DNA of 62,971 nt, filler included, from Phoronis australis (taxonomy: Eukaryota > Animalia > Phoronida), in NCBI GenBank assembly GCA_002633005.1. It is 9 parts of 9 records of this genome, joined end to end, with 100 filler letters (N's around TTAATTAATTAA, not from the genome) between each part and the next. Parts side by side here need not be neighbours in the genome. Positions count along the whole stretch, not along the records: positions 1 to 3,323 come from NMRA01003090.1; positions 3,424 to 6,844 come from NMRA01000273.1; positions 6,945 to 18,921 come from NMRA01000200.1; 6 more parts are not named here. One strand, given 5' to 3'. Position numbers and translations under genes: made by a program. Shown here piece by piece: positions 1-11,309 of this stretch (positions are counted from its first letter, which is position 1; every line of letters begins with the position of its first letter). The notes under the pieces were generated by a model, which saw nothing but the letters and a program-made list of their open reading frames with translations, was not told where the DNA came from and searched no databases.

Positions 1-981
1 GGTAACTGACCTAGTAATCAAAATATGTATGATAGTTCTGAGCTGGGGCATAAAAAACAACATAGAAAACCAGGTCACATGTCAGTAGACATATGGTAGA
101 CCACATTCTTCATTCAGAAGGAGTGTATACAGAGTTGCTGATTTTCCTCTCTCTAAATGACTTCCAATGGCATTTTTAGAAACATTTTAAAAGCATGTGT
201 GGGACCGTTTACCCTTTACCCCACTGTTCATTTTACACTAGGCTTACGAAAATCCCTAAAGTGATGGTGTCTTTTTGCTCTGGCAATGACGATGACTGTC
301 ATAATAGCAATAATTACAGTCATAATAACAGTAATAATTGTTATTGTTATGGTCAATGTTGTGAATATTATTCTTATAATTACAGCGCTAGATTTTGCGA
401 CCTGCAGGTTGCCAATGCCACCTCAGATTGTGTTTGGCGACATGGAAAAAATTCCAAGTCTCCATGAAGTCGCCAGTGCGAGTATCGAAGTCACACAATA
501 ATTCCCTATAAATCTGTTTCAAAGTTCGTGTCGACTTCCAACTTCAAATTACCGGTACTAACAGTTTTCCTAGATTTATTACATTTGGTTCACAAATGTT
601 CCATTTATTTCGCAAAATATGCGCATTCGGCACCACTCTTGAATTACAACAGAATATAACTAGACAGGAGTCAGAATTGTTCAGCAAAAATTGAGAAGAT
701 CGGTGAAATCCATGCACCAGCCCATGCAATCGTCTGTGTTCTATGTTCATTCGTCGGTGGGAAGAATTGAATTGGCACATGAGATGTTCTGTTTTGGCAA
801 CCTCAGATTTCGTTTGCCAACCAGGTCGAGACTTGGCGTTTAGGTTAGTGTCGAGCGCTGATTTATATAACTATAATAGTGATAACTATTAGCATAGCAA
901 TGACAATAACTATTTGTATTATAATACAATTGTCCGTGTTGTGATCACACAATTATCTGCGTTTTTTCTGTCCCGTTTCAG

Positions 982-1110
982 TTATTTTGAGAACATGGAG
1001 AGAATATGTTCTGAGAAGTTCATCCCCAACTCAACAGATGTGCTGAGGGCTCGTGTGCGGACGACAGGGATCATAGAAACATGTTTTCGCATAAACGATC
1101 TCACTTTTAG
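982..1110 (+). CDS. GNAV1: Heterotrimeric G-protein alpha subunit, internal exon (switch I region), Gv-like
   Basis: Bounded by tttcAG and GTacat. The 129-nt phase 2-2 exon encodes (Y)YFENMERICSEKFIPNSTDVLRARVRTTGIIETCFRINDLTF(R), containing the G2/switch I motif RxRTTGI. Size matches exon 5 of the Gi-type gene structure. G-alpha identity is secure; the Gv class call rests on recalled motifs. Confidence 0.9.
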
Positions 1111-1632
1111 GTACATGCCCTGCAATGTTGGTGTTCATTCGCAATCACCAATATTTACATGTGCAAGCAAAACAAAACCCATACAGAACTTTTTCATCAA
1201 ATTCCATTTGTCTCAAAAGTGCACAGTGATCATCTAACGGGATGTGTTCAGCAATCTTCAAGTCGTGGAATGCTTCNAGTGCAATCCGTACGTTTTTTAG
1301 TTCCTACTGGTCTTTTAGTGGCACTTTAAAACAACGGCATTTCTATTCTTAGTTTAGTCTGTTTTGAGCTCATTAGAAGGACTTGTTTAGTTGGCCTAGT
1401 TTTGGTGATTGTCTTCATTTAAATATTGTAAATTTGAAACAATGTGTCCATGTAATTAAGTCGAGATTAAAAGATAAAAACGTGATTAAAATGTAGTTAA
1501 AAAAGCTGCCATGTATTTACAACTTGCTGTTTTTGTGATTGTATATCTCATTTGTTTATAAAGTAATAATGACGTTACGCTTTTAATCGCATAATTTAAT
1601 TGGTAAGTTAGCCAACTTCTTTTATGTAAAAT

Positions 1633-1803
1633 TACCGTACTTGTCTGGGTTTCTGCCCAGGGTGCTTAAATTGGGAATCTAAAAAAACACGGTGTGGGCA
1701 GTAAGCCGAGCATGGGTGGTTAAAAATGAAAAATGTGGAAAAATTGAAAATTTCAGGGTTGGTGGTAAGCCGAGCATGTCCAATAACCCAAACGAGCATG
1801 GTA
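1633..1803. mobile_element. Degenerate TA-CCGTA-type MITE in the G-alpha intron
   Basis: Starts TACCGTAC and carries GGGCAGTAAGCCGAGCATG-like internal repeats resembling the element at 47462-49044. Confidence 0.4.
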
Positions 1804-1842
1804 ATCAATCAGTATCTTACGTATGTAACTGTCTTTGTGTAG

Positions 1843-1972
1843 GTTATTTGATGTCGGCGGTCAGAGAACGGAGAGACGAAAGTGGATCCAGTGTTTTGAC
1901 GATGTCAAGGCCATACTGTTTGTGGTGGCTCTCAGTGGCTATGACATGACACTGCATGAGGATTCCAAAGTG
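1843..1972 (+). CDS. GNAV1: G-protein alpha subunit, next exon (G3/switch II), Gv-like
   Basis: Bounded by gtgtAG and GTgagt. The 130-nt exon is in frame with the previous one and encodes [43 protein letters not shown] (DVGGQ G3 motif). Confidence 0.92.
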
Positions 1973-3251
1973 GTGAGTGATCTCACTGGTTATGACTTGA
2001 CTTTGGTTAGTGCAACAGGAAAGCGCACTCAAAACTCTTTGGTACTCGCTGCACAGACCACGACAAAAATAGTCGAACAAATTTAATGAGGGGTGATAAC
2101 CCGTCGCGACACTGACAGGGAATTTCACTTACACTTGACTGTCGTTATGGGAGAATTCAGGGAAATTTTTGGTACATGGTACACTCTACTAAAGTATAGG
2201 GTTTGACTGGATGAATGAAACTGGGTTTCGACCGTGTGTTCAATAACATGACAGTCATGAGAGGAAGTCTCTGGTGACGCTTGACAAACCAATGTCTTTC
2301 CTCATTTAAGTCATTAGCCAATTATCCCACTGTGCAGAGTAACCAGAAACCACTGTTAATTGTAAACCGTAACTTCGGAAAATTTGGTCAGATTTGAAAT
2401 TTTACACTTGCACTTATGTAATTTTACAAAATGTTCAGTTTCACTAACAAGCATTCTTTGAAAACGGACCTAAAACCTGAGTTTTTAGGTAGGCTAATTT
2501 ATAGAAATCGCATTATTCCTGGCTACAGCCGATAGAAAATTAACCCAGCTGAGCTGAACGAAATTTTTGAAGTCCCCGGCGAAGAAATAGATTAGTCAAC
2601 CGGTTGCTTATTAAGAGAATGTAACCTGGCTAGACCTCAAAGTTAGGTGCCCCTGCATTGTAAACTGTTGGGTCAAAGGTCAAATCCTGTGGTCAGGCCC
2701 AGAAATGTCAGATGGATTCTGTAAAGAGGTTGGATATTGTACACAAGTCTGTTTGCATGTCTGATGTCTGGATTGTTTCTCAACTCCATTGTTAGTACGT
2801 CTGATGGTATCCAAATCAATAGGGCTATTTTAAACCAGAAAGTGCACAAAGCGAACAGACCTTTGCCAAAGCGAAGTATTCTTTTGCATCCCCTGCAATT
2901 GCATAACATGAAGCTGTCTCGATGAAGGATAATTTTAAGAAAGCACCCTGCCTCATTTGGACGTAAAAGGTTAAGGCCAAGTGGCACATTAAAATTGTGT
3001 TATCAATAACACCTTACTTTGCTGAATATTATTTTTCTTTTAAATAATTTCTGACACAATGACAATGTAGAAACACTTATGTTTGCGGCCAAAACGACGA
3101 CCTCAGTGTCAATCACCTGTTGCGTAACATACTGTGATTGCAGATGAAATGACTTGACAAAAACGTTGCCACCAAAAATCTTATTGAAAATTGAGAGAAA
3201 AATTAATGTGGCCCATAGCTTCAGAATTGACCTGTAGATTTGAGGCCCTAT

Positions 3252-3323
3252 TAGTCGGTGGGCCAAATCTCATAGCGTTCACCCTTGTGAGTACTTTGGG
3301 GGGGCAACCTAGTTTTTTCTATG
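3252..3323. mobile_element. Terminus of a TAG...CTA TIR transposon (Academ-like), cut by a gap
   Basis: About 70 bp is the near-perfect reverse complement of 61160-61231. The same first 14 nt (TAGTCGGTGGGCCA) recur near 62918. Confidence 0.55.
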
Positions 3324-3423
3324 NNNNNNNNNNNNNNNNNNNNNNNNNNNNNNNNNNNNNNNNNNNNTTAATTAATTAANNNNNNNNNNNNNNNNNNNNN
3401 NNNNNNNNNNNNNNNNNNNNNNN
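3324..3423. other. Assembly spacer N44-TTAATTAATTAA-N44 (also at 6845, 18922, 28217, 32205, 35522, 54980, 60858)
   Basis: The identical 100-bp unit occurs eight times. The 12-mer places stop codons in all six frames, so it is an artificial contig linker. Confidence 0.97.
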
Positions 3424-3424
3424 G

Positions 3425-3600
3425 GGTGGGTACATGTTTGAGTATAACGAGGCAGAGTACGCACAGGCACAGGCAGCTTTTGAGAGAAACGAGGCGACTA
3501 CTGACGACAGACGTGGTGACACATCTTGGTGCAAATGCACTGTGTGCGTTGTTATGCCTACCTCAATGTAATGCTTGTGCTGTTCAGAGTTCGACCAGGC
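3425..3600 (+). pseudogene. KolX-like (P2X7 C-terminal ballast-like) Cys-rich remnant
   Basis: The frame from 3425 reads GGYMFEYNEAEYAQAQAAFERNEATTDDRRGDTSWCKCTVCVVMPTSM*CLCCSEFDQA. This matches the YxFE...RxGxxxWCxCxxCxxMPTxxExxCCxE pattern, with TAA at 3569-3571 where E is expected. Confidence 0.72.
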
Positions 3601-3890
3601 CAAGCACTACTGGACATGGTTAAGTGGACCTCCAGCACACCACGGACAGAGGAACAACTGTCCCACTTTCCAGAGTGTCCTGCGAGTCCCACTGGATGGT
3701 GACCTGATCACCCAAACTGCTTACATCGTGTCGTGTGATTCCCTCGCCACACACCTGGCACCTTCTAAATAGCCCCAACACTTTAGACAAGTCCATTATA
3801 AACTTATCAAAGTTTGGCTCACCGACCTGTTCACTGGACGACGAACTGTCCTCTTCACTGGGTGTCTAACTGAGCCTGTAATCACTCCCA
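3601..3890 (-). pseudogene. Disrupted continuation of the transposase
   Basis: After a frameshift and a stop it reads EPNFDKFIMDLSKVLGLFRRCQVCGEGITRHDVSSLGDQVTIQW.../GHSGKWDS, a CxxC...GH..W zinc-ribbon-like segment expected upstream of the DDE core. Confidence 0.6.
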
Positions 3891-4397
3891 TTACGCTGCA
3901 GGGCTGCTTAGAGGCTTTGGGCTGGAGAAAACAGCACAGGGCGAATCACTACTGGTTCCAGGAATTGCACGCTCTGGGGTACGTTTGGAGGCACGGGTGA
4001 CTGTAGATGAAGTGCCTCCACTGGCTCCAGTCACTGTACTGGCCACAGGTCGCGAGGCTTCTCGCTTCAAAAACGCACTGCTCGAGGGTGGCGACGGGGC
4101 ACTGCCGGGAATCAACACAGACGGAATGGCATCCTTCTTCAGACGTTGTTTCGCAGGGACCTTCATCAGTTCAGCGTACAAATCCCTTTTGTAATCGGAC
4201 GGCAGAAAGTGCTTGTCACACACACGGTAATTCTCCACTGCTTTGTACGTTGCGTGGATGGGTAACGCTGCGTTCTTCACACGAACGAGCCAAGTACGGC
4301 GAAGTGTGTCATACATCGAAAAGCGATGCAAAGGTACTCCCAAAGCGCGCGTGAGCCGATAATTAGTACATCCTGGTACGCAGCAACAGTGTGGCAT
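3891..4397 (-). CDS. THAP zinc-finger domain ORF (N-terminus of the Kolobok transposase, 168 aa)
   Basis: MPHCCCVPGCTN...LHRF...RRTWL...RVCDKHF...LKKDAIPSV gives the C2CH ligands plus an AVPTIF-like box, followed by a Ser/Thr/Pro-rich linker. Confidence 0.85.
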   Translation of the reverse strand: MPHCCCVPGCTNYRLTRALGVPLHRFSMYDTLRRTWLVRVKNAALPIHATYKAVENYRVCDKHFLPSDYKRDLYAELMKVPAKQRLKKDAIPSVLIPGSAPSPPSSSAFLKREASRPVASTVTGASGGTSSTVTRASKRTPERAIPGTSSDSPCAVFSSPKPLSSPAA

Positions 4398-4415
4398 GTT
4401 GACTGACTAGTAAAT

Positions 4416-4586
4416 GAAAGCATACGACGGCGGAACTTAACACAACCGAGGTAGAACAATGACTGACTCGGCAGCTCTCACAGTCAGACTATATGAAAAG
4501 AGAAAGCAAACGACTACGGAACTTAACACAACCGAGGTAGAACAATGACTGACTCGGCAGCTCTCACGTCAGACTATATGAAAAGA
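4416..4586. repeat. 86-bp tandem duplication upstream of the THAP start codon
   Basis: GAAAGC...CGGAACTTAACACAACCGAGGTAGAACAATGACTGACTCGGCAGCTCTCAC...TATATGAAAAGA occurs twice, at about 4416 and 4502. Confidence 0.9.
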
Positions 4587-5018
4587 AATTGGCGCGATAT
4601 GCTTGCCTCCTAAAACGTCACTTCCGGAGTAGCGGACGAGTAATTAATAAAATTGCGAAAAGCTGAAATTAAGTGGAAAATATGTCTAGGATAACCAACC
4701 AACCTTATTTTAGCTCAAAATGACATGGAAAAAGGTTGCCTTCGCCTTTAAAGACAGTTAATTAGGTGGATCTTGACATTGCAGTAATGCACTTTTCCAT
4801 CGGCAACCGTATATTTCATGCTTTATACAGTTTTACCTAATTTTAAATAATCGGTAACGGCTTTTAACATCTTTTCAATTTGATTTAATTGCACGAGTAG
4901 TTTATTTGTAAGTTGCCATTACCCATATAGACAATCGTTGGCCGCAGAACGATTTGGGTGTGACCGATGATCAACTGAAGAAATGATAAACTTTTATCAA
5001 TGACATGTGTTTATACAG

Positions 5019-5156
5019 GTAGTCTAGTCGCTGCGCTGCAGTCTGCGGGTGCTGTGGGTCTGGGAACAGCTGCCACTGCAGGAGTGGCTGGTGCAGGGGC
5101 TGCTATTGGTGGCGCTGTTGGAGGCGCTATAGGTCATGGTGTAGCACATCGTGATG
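5019..5156 (+). CDS. IFI6/IFI27 (ISG12)-family protein, internal exon
   Basis: Bounded by tacAG and GTaagt; 138 nt, phase 1-1. Encodes (G)SLVAALQSAGAVGLGTAATAGVAGAGAAIGGAVGGAIGHGVAHRD. GSLVAxLQSAGA is the ISG12 motif. Confidence 0.8.
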
Positions 5157-5862
5157 GTAAGTTAAGGGGTATCTTCGCTTGGTCACGGTTACTTAGATCT
5201 CAAGGGAGCTGGCATCAACCACTTTTGGTGTGTTGAAATTTGTACAGTTTGAAAAATTGACAGCTGTGGAAAACGTCGTTTGACTGTCTTTTCGCAAACG
5301 TTGTGAGTGAAATTTGACATAATTTTGTTGTTCAAACTACTACTTCCTTGTTCTGTGACAACTTATCTGTGGTTATGGAGTTTGATCACGTGTTCCGTAA
5401 AATGATTAATTGTTACCATCTAGTTGGGTTAAAGGTTAGTTACTCCGTACAATTCTATGGTTCATGTTAGGTCAATTAACGCTTGTTCCGCTTTAGGTTT
5501 ATGCCTAGAACAGTATCAGAGATCCAGTTCATGAAATCGGCTAACGTCAGTTTATGCCTTACTTCTTCAGTCATCTGCTTGGCCATCTAAAAACAATAAT
5601 GTCTGTCATTTCTTCGCCAGATAAACTAGATAAAGAGTTGTAAGTTTAACGAGTTTAATTCGCAGCCGACAACACAACGAGGTGGAACCAGAAGGGCTCT
5701 CACCAAACACAGTCGTACGAATAACAATGCAATGGCGTGATTGCCTCTTTTGTCACAGAAAATGAGGTAAACTTACACTAAGAACGGGTAGTAGAAAACA
5801 AAAATAGTAAACACAGGGCTAATAAGTTACTATGGCGTTAACAAAGTACAAAGTAGCTAAAA

Positions 5863-6844
5863 TCAGTGATAAAGCCAATCGTCCGTTTGCCAATGAGGTT
5901 TATGGCGCAGCCGTTGCGATCTTCTCTGGGCCTCTGGATGAGCAGGGAGGACAGGGGGTTCAACAGCAGGCGTTGTCGTAAAACCAAGCTGGCGGGATGC
6001 ATCAGGGGGTGGAACGATGGTGGATGGCACAGCTGGGGCGGCACGTGGGCCACGTGAAGATAGTACACCGTTGTTGCACCATGGAGCTAGATCGCAGGAC
6101 GAGGGCAATGATGAAACGGATACTGGAACAGCGGAAGACGGCGGGAACTCGTCGCTGTCATCGTGGCCAAAAGGGGCAGTGACAGGTGATGCAGCTGGAA
6201 TGTCAGTAATCTCTGACGGAGCACGGTAACACTCGTTGCGTTTGACACGGTAAGAAGCATTACGGAACTGATCTCCAGAAAGTTTCCGAACACTATGGTT
6301 GGGATTCTTGATGCGTCCGATCTCAATTGAAATGCGATGATGTTCTAGGAGTTTGTCCTTTTGAAGAGCCTGAAAACCTGAAGCCGGATTTGTACGGATA
6401 ACTGCACGAGGGCCGTCTAACGAGCGCAGTTCGAGACACATTTGGAGAAGACCATTTCGAAGATCCTCGTGGCGTTCAGTAGCAATGATACAAGCCGCTG
6501 TGTAAGAAGAGACGCACTCTCGGAGTACCAAAATCCAGGAAAAGAGCGCATTGAACAACATTGATGGCACATGCGTGTGCAACGATCAATGGCAAACTCT
6601 AAATCAAGTGCAAAGAAGTATCGTTGGGTAACAAGTTTCAGTTGATGGGAGGTGGGGTGATCCAGCCGTAAATAAAGTGCAATGAGTAAGCCGTCCAAGA
6701 TAGGACGTGGAACGATGATGCGTTCTTCATAAGCGACGAGAGGCTTGACTAGCCGAGCTACAAGTAAACCATCTGACGTGATAGTGGCGACGTTGAGATA
6801 GCGTTTGACATCTAGAGCGTTGGTGTCTCTCTTGGAGGGCCGCG
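5863..6844 (-). mobile_element. Gypsy-like LTR retrotransposon integrase fragment with internal deletions
   Basis: Minus-strand translation includes KRYLNVATITSDGLLV...ERIIVPRPILDGLLIALYLRLDHPTSHQL...RYFFALD...CHQC (integrase zinc finger). It continues with [12 protein letters not shown]...[11 protein letters not shown]...[10 protein letters not shown] (core) and a terminal [10 protein letters not shown] motif. Confidence 0.8.
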
Positions 6845-7184
6845 NNNNNNNNNNNNNNNNNNNNNNNNNNNNNNNNNNNNNNNNNNNNTTAATTAATTAA
6901 NNNNNNNNNNNNNNNNNNNNNNNNNNNNNNNNNNNNNNNNNNNNTAAGCATTGGTTAAGATGAGAATAATTCATTTTGAAACAGAACACAGAATAATAAA
7001 CGTCTACATGACAACTACCCCGGCGCCAATCCCGACTTAGTCAAGAGCTCATCCGACAAAGACTTCACGGGTCGTATCGTTAGGTTTCACAGGCTATCAG
7101 TTAGAACTGGAATACACCAATCAATACTCAGAGAGGCGTCGTGAACATGCACAGGCAACGGAACGTATGAATAGTTCGTTGGTA

Positions 7185-7550
7185 AGCCGATGAAATGCGG
7201 GCAACAGACTCGGAGAAAACGGCCTCATACTTGCTATTAACAGCATACCTTTCATTCTTCACTACCGTGAGCCACTTCCTAAGTATTTCGGGCTCTTGAG
7301 GAAGTCAAAAAATGACATACCCGCTTTCTTCACAGCTTCATAGTTCGGACAAGCGGGAACGATGCACTGCAATATAGCGGCATTCACTCTGCAGACGAAC
7401 CACTGACGTCGCTGCGTCGTTTCACACCTTCCTCACAGGTTAACGCGACATCTCTCGGCAAGGTGAAGTCGACCGTATAAGAGGCGATGTGGATATAGAC
7501 CGATTAAGACGGTAAAAAGACTAATTAAATCGGGTGGCATTCTCCTTTAA
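7185..7550 (-). mobile_element. Second Kolobok-like 5' end with a frameshifted THAP domain
   Basis: Terminus TCTCCT|TTAA at 7546/7547-7550. From ATG 7383, with frameshifts, it reads CIVPACPNYEAVKKAGMSFF../PQEPEILRKWLTVVKNERYAVNSKYEAV../RVCCPHF. Confidence 0.65.
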
Positions 7551-8328
7551 GGCGTTTATGCAATAGAAAAGATGATGAAACAAGTTTTTCTAGTACATTT
7601 AAAGGTATTCTTGCAACACAGACGATGGATGAAATGATTCTTAGAACTTCTGTTCGGTATACTGCTGCATGGAATAAAATAAAATTAATAAATTAACAAT
7701 TTTTTATGAAATATTGGGTATTACCACATATTAGGTGGCTGTTGCTATTTTGCACTGTTTCATAATTCTATCTATGAGACAGGAAAATAAATCTCCACTT
7801 GAAACATTATTTATTAATATATTAACAATTTAATTCTTGAATCGCTATGTAGCATCCCTGGACTTAAAACTTGAAATGTCTGCAATAATTCAGATATAAC
7901 CTAAAAAAGTTCGCTTGCAATTACTGAACCCGGGTCACCGAGATGACCTTTGAAACCATTAGGTCAAGCAGTAATTGTCACTTGGCAAAGTGATGGCTCA
8001 ACAGCATAGTACATCACAGCCATAACCACAAATTTAAAATGATGAATAGTGATGTTAAACGCTACTGCACATTTGTTTAATTCAGGATACGTCACATTTG
8101 TAAGTTTTTAAATCATATTCTACTTGACACATCAAACAGTTTTCTTAAAAACCAGCATGTGAACCATATAAAGCAATAATAATTTTCTCATCTTTGAAGA
8201 GAAGTGACACTCTTAGGAGGTTGTTTCATATCTTAAATCAAATGAGCTGAAAAGTCAACATACTACGTGCCCAGAATAGGCTTAGCTGATGTGAGAATTT
8301 CGATTACAAAAAAGAAGTATAAGTTTTA

Positions 8329-9036
8329 TTATACCACAATATTAGCCTCGAATGGCCAATACAACCATGTAATAACCCATTTAGTTATCTGACAACTGAG
8401 ATAACATTTTGGCAGGAATCAAAGCCGGTTTCGAACACGGTCCGCATGAGTTTCGAGTCATCGACTTTACCACTGCACCACTCAGCAGCTGACGTCATCA
8501 AACGTGAAAATAGAATACTTAAATGAGCACGTACAACAATCGTATGATCAACAAAGGGCATTGTACCGACATTTATACGTTACGAAAAATAAGACGCATA
8601 ATTTCAAAAAAAAAACAATATTTTAATTCAGTGAAATTTATCTCTCATTTTGTCTCACTTGTAGATCACGGATATCCAATTTGAATGCGGATATCGTGTT
8701 GTCGGGATCCTTTGACTTGAGCAATATATTCAGTTACCACTGGTAACCTACTTTAGCAGACATTTTCTTGGTCGCAGCTTTAATTAGCATGATAAAATGT
8801 GTAGTAAGCTATAATAGTTGCTACACCTTAATTTATAGATTCACTTTCTTTCCATTTTGTTTAAATTTTCAATTGGTTTTGAGTAACAGTATTATTTGAC
8901 AAAAATAGCTTGGCTTTTCTAAAAGGTCACGACCTCCGACCCCGGCCTCTGACACAGAAAGTAGTTACAAAGCCGAGGCGAGTCGAGAAAGGTAGATCGA
9001 TTCATTTCAATGTTTTGCATTCAGTATGTGGTATAA
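8329..9036. mobile_element. Non-autonomous element with short TIR, containing a tRNA-like segment
   Basis: TTATACCACA (8329) pairs with TGTGGTATAA (9027-9036). Minus-strand A-box-like TGGTGCAGTGGT and B-box-like TGTTCGAAACC lie at about 8425-8480. Confidence 0.4.
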
Positions 9037-11309
9037 ATTGATCATTACATGTTCTCAGTCGTTATCCCCCTTATGAAGCCCTCGTGAATTTTGGAGACTG
9101 CATGGAACTGTCTTACAAAATTTCCTTAGTGTGTTGAACTACACTAATATTCAGGGCTTGTAATGAACAATGACAGAAAAAGAGGAAAACATTCCAGGTG
9201 ACATATTGTTCCATAAATACCTGCTAATGTAATAGAAGTATTTCTGTGTTGTAAAGGTTATCTACAAGAAACGTTTTTTTTTGAAAAAATAACATGTCGT
9301 GAACACATCCACTACCACAAGAAACTGTAGGAACACCGCATTTATCCACCTTCACTCTTATCAGGCTTCTATTGTGAGTCAGCATGCGTGAATAATTGGC
9401 TGATAAGCCACCTCTGGAACTACTTTTCGCTGAATGGATGACCAGGCCATAAAATGATAATTAGCCAAGACCAGTTACTAATACAACAAAGAATAATGCC
9501 ATAGCATCACCTAGCCTTGGTGGAAAGCTCTATACTGTATTGGCTCTAATAAACGCTTAGAAAAATTCATTTCACGGGGAGGGGACGCTCATTGTAGCCG
9601 TACGGCAGTTGAAACCCGGTTTCCCAAACGGGTAAAATCGGAAGCTAGGATTCATCAAATTTACGCTCTGTGACGTATTTGTAGCCTATGACAGTCTTTC
9701 TACAAAATTGTGGTGCATTGCTATCAACTTCTGTTGTTAAATTACAATAATTTTTCAAAAAATTGTGCTCATCACAGGGCGAAAACTTGCCTACTGATGC
9801 TTCGCTGAATCGCGATCGTCAATAGGAAAACTTGAATTCTTGAATAAAAACATAGTTTCGACTCAACAAATTACCTGAAATCTTCCTTATGTTTTACAAT
9901 TTTTAAAGTTCATGTGGAGTCCAGATTAATTGCGATTAACTCCAAATCTGCGCTACATCGTACCCCACAACACGAGAAAAATCTCTAGATGAACACACAT
10001 GTTGTTGTCACGTGACGTTTGTTTTGAAGTTCGCCTGTGTATGAGAGTGAGTGAGCGTGCATGTGCGGGTCATAGACGAGAGACTTTTTTGTTACAGAAG
10101 GCGGAGGATTATGCAAGAAAATGACGGTTACTAGATTGTTTTTCACTTAAACGGCTGCAAAGTGCAAGGTGAGTGCTGGTTAACTCACAGATTTTGTGTG
10201 CACAGGCCGATGGTCGTTAGCTCTACCATGGAGTATTATAGTCCAAGGCTCGATCTACAAGTTGGGGACGAAGTGAACTACCCGGGCTGTGTGAAATTTC
10301 TGGGTCTAACGGAGACACTGACGCAGCCAGCTCGCTTTCTCAAGACTATAGCCAAAATCCAAATTCGTTTTATCGTGTCCCTGTCAATCATAACGGCATG
10401 CTAAAGTTTCTTAATCTTAATTTTCGTACTTCAAGAACACAATCCCGTGTTTTGTACATACGCGCACGACGCAGATCACATCTCAGAAATTGCCGATTTG
10501 ACAGATGACAATGAATGAGCACAATGAAATGAAAAAACGATGTTTTCAGCTTGTAAGATTCAAAATAAACGTATTTTGAATATTGCAATACATGTGTTCC
10601 AAAATTTAAATAACTTGGGTCCTATATTTTTATATTCGTGCGTGCCGAATGAAAGCAATCGTGAGTGTTGCTGTGTTGCAAAATCTCTTATCCTGGACCG
10701 ATTTGAAAAATTCAAAGTTGTACTCATATTTGTTTTCGCTCCTCTTTTCAAATATTACAGTAAAAACTATGTAAAACTCTCTCCATAAAAAGTACAGTCT
10801 GCTAGCTAGATTGTAATCAGCTGATCATATCCGCGTGAGCGAAACCAATTATCCTCGCTCGTGACTCGATGAATAGAGCAGCTTGGCGGCATCCCCTTGA
10901 TCGTGAGCCGAGCGCGACTCAGCCAAGGTGGATAAATACAGTCTAGTTCAATTTTCCAAACCCCACCGTTTACCTTGACCATTGGGGTTAGGACCAATCT
11001 TATTTAGTGGGAGTGTTCATAGCATGAAAGTCAAAATAACGATAAAAACAAAATGGAAAAAGATTAAAATTGGAAATCGAAACCAAAAAAGAAAGGAAAT
11101 CCTTTTAAAAGAAGAAAATTACGAGCCCTGAACATTCCACTAAATCATCATATAAAACAAAAAATCGAAAGTTTTGATAATTCACAGAAAATTAATAAGT
11201 TTTTTCAAAACGTCAAATTCTCTGTGTATGTCCCGTCACACACCCCTAAGACAATTTTCCCCATTCAGACAAAGAGAAAAGAAATCGGTAAGAAATAGGA
11301 TACATAATC

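Larger units (their letters stand above)
3424..4751 (-). mobile_element. Kolobok-superfamily DNA transposon, internally deleted; other end lost in the gap
   Basis: Terminus ...GCCTTCGCCT|TTAA at 4747/4748-4751 (TTAA|AGG on minus). A THAP-led transposase N-terminus lies on minus and a convergent KolX-like Cys-rich remnant lies on plus. Confidence 0.8.

Noticed and set aside
3368-3379. Recurrent TTAATTAATTAA as a biological motif
   Set aside because: It is always centred in exactly 44+44 Ns, so it is an assembly linker.
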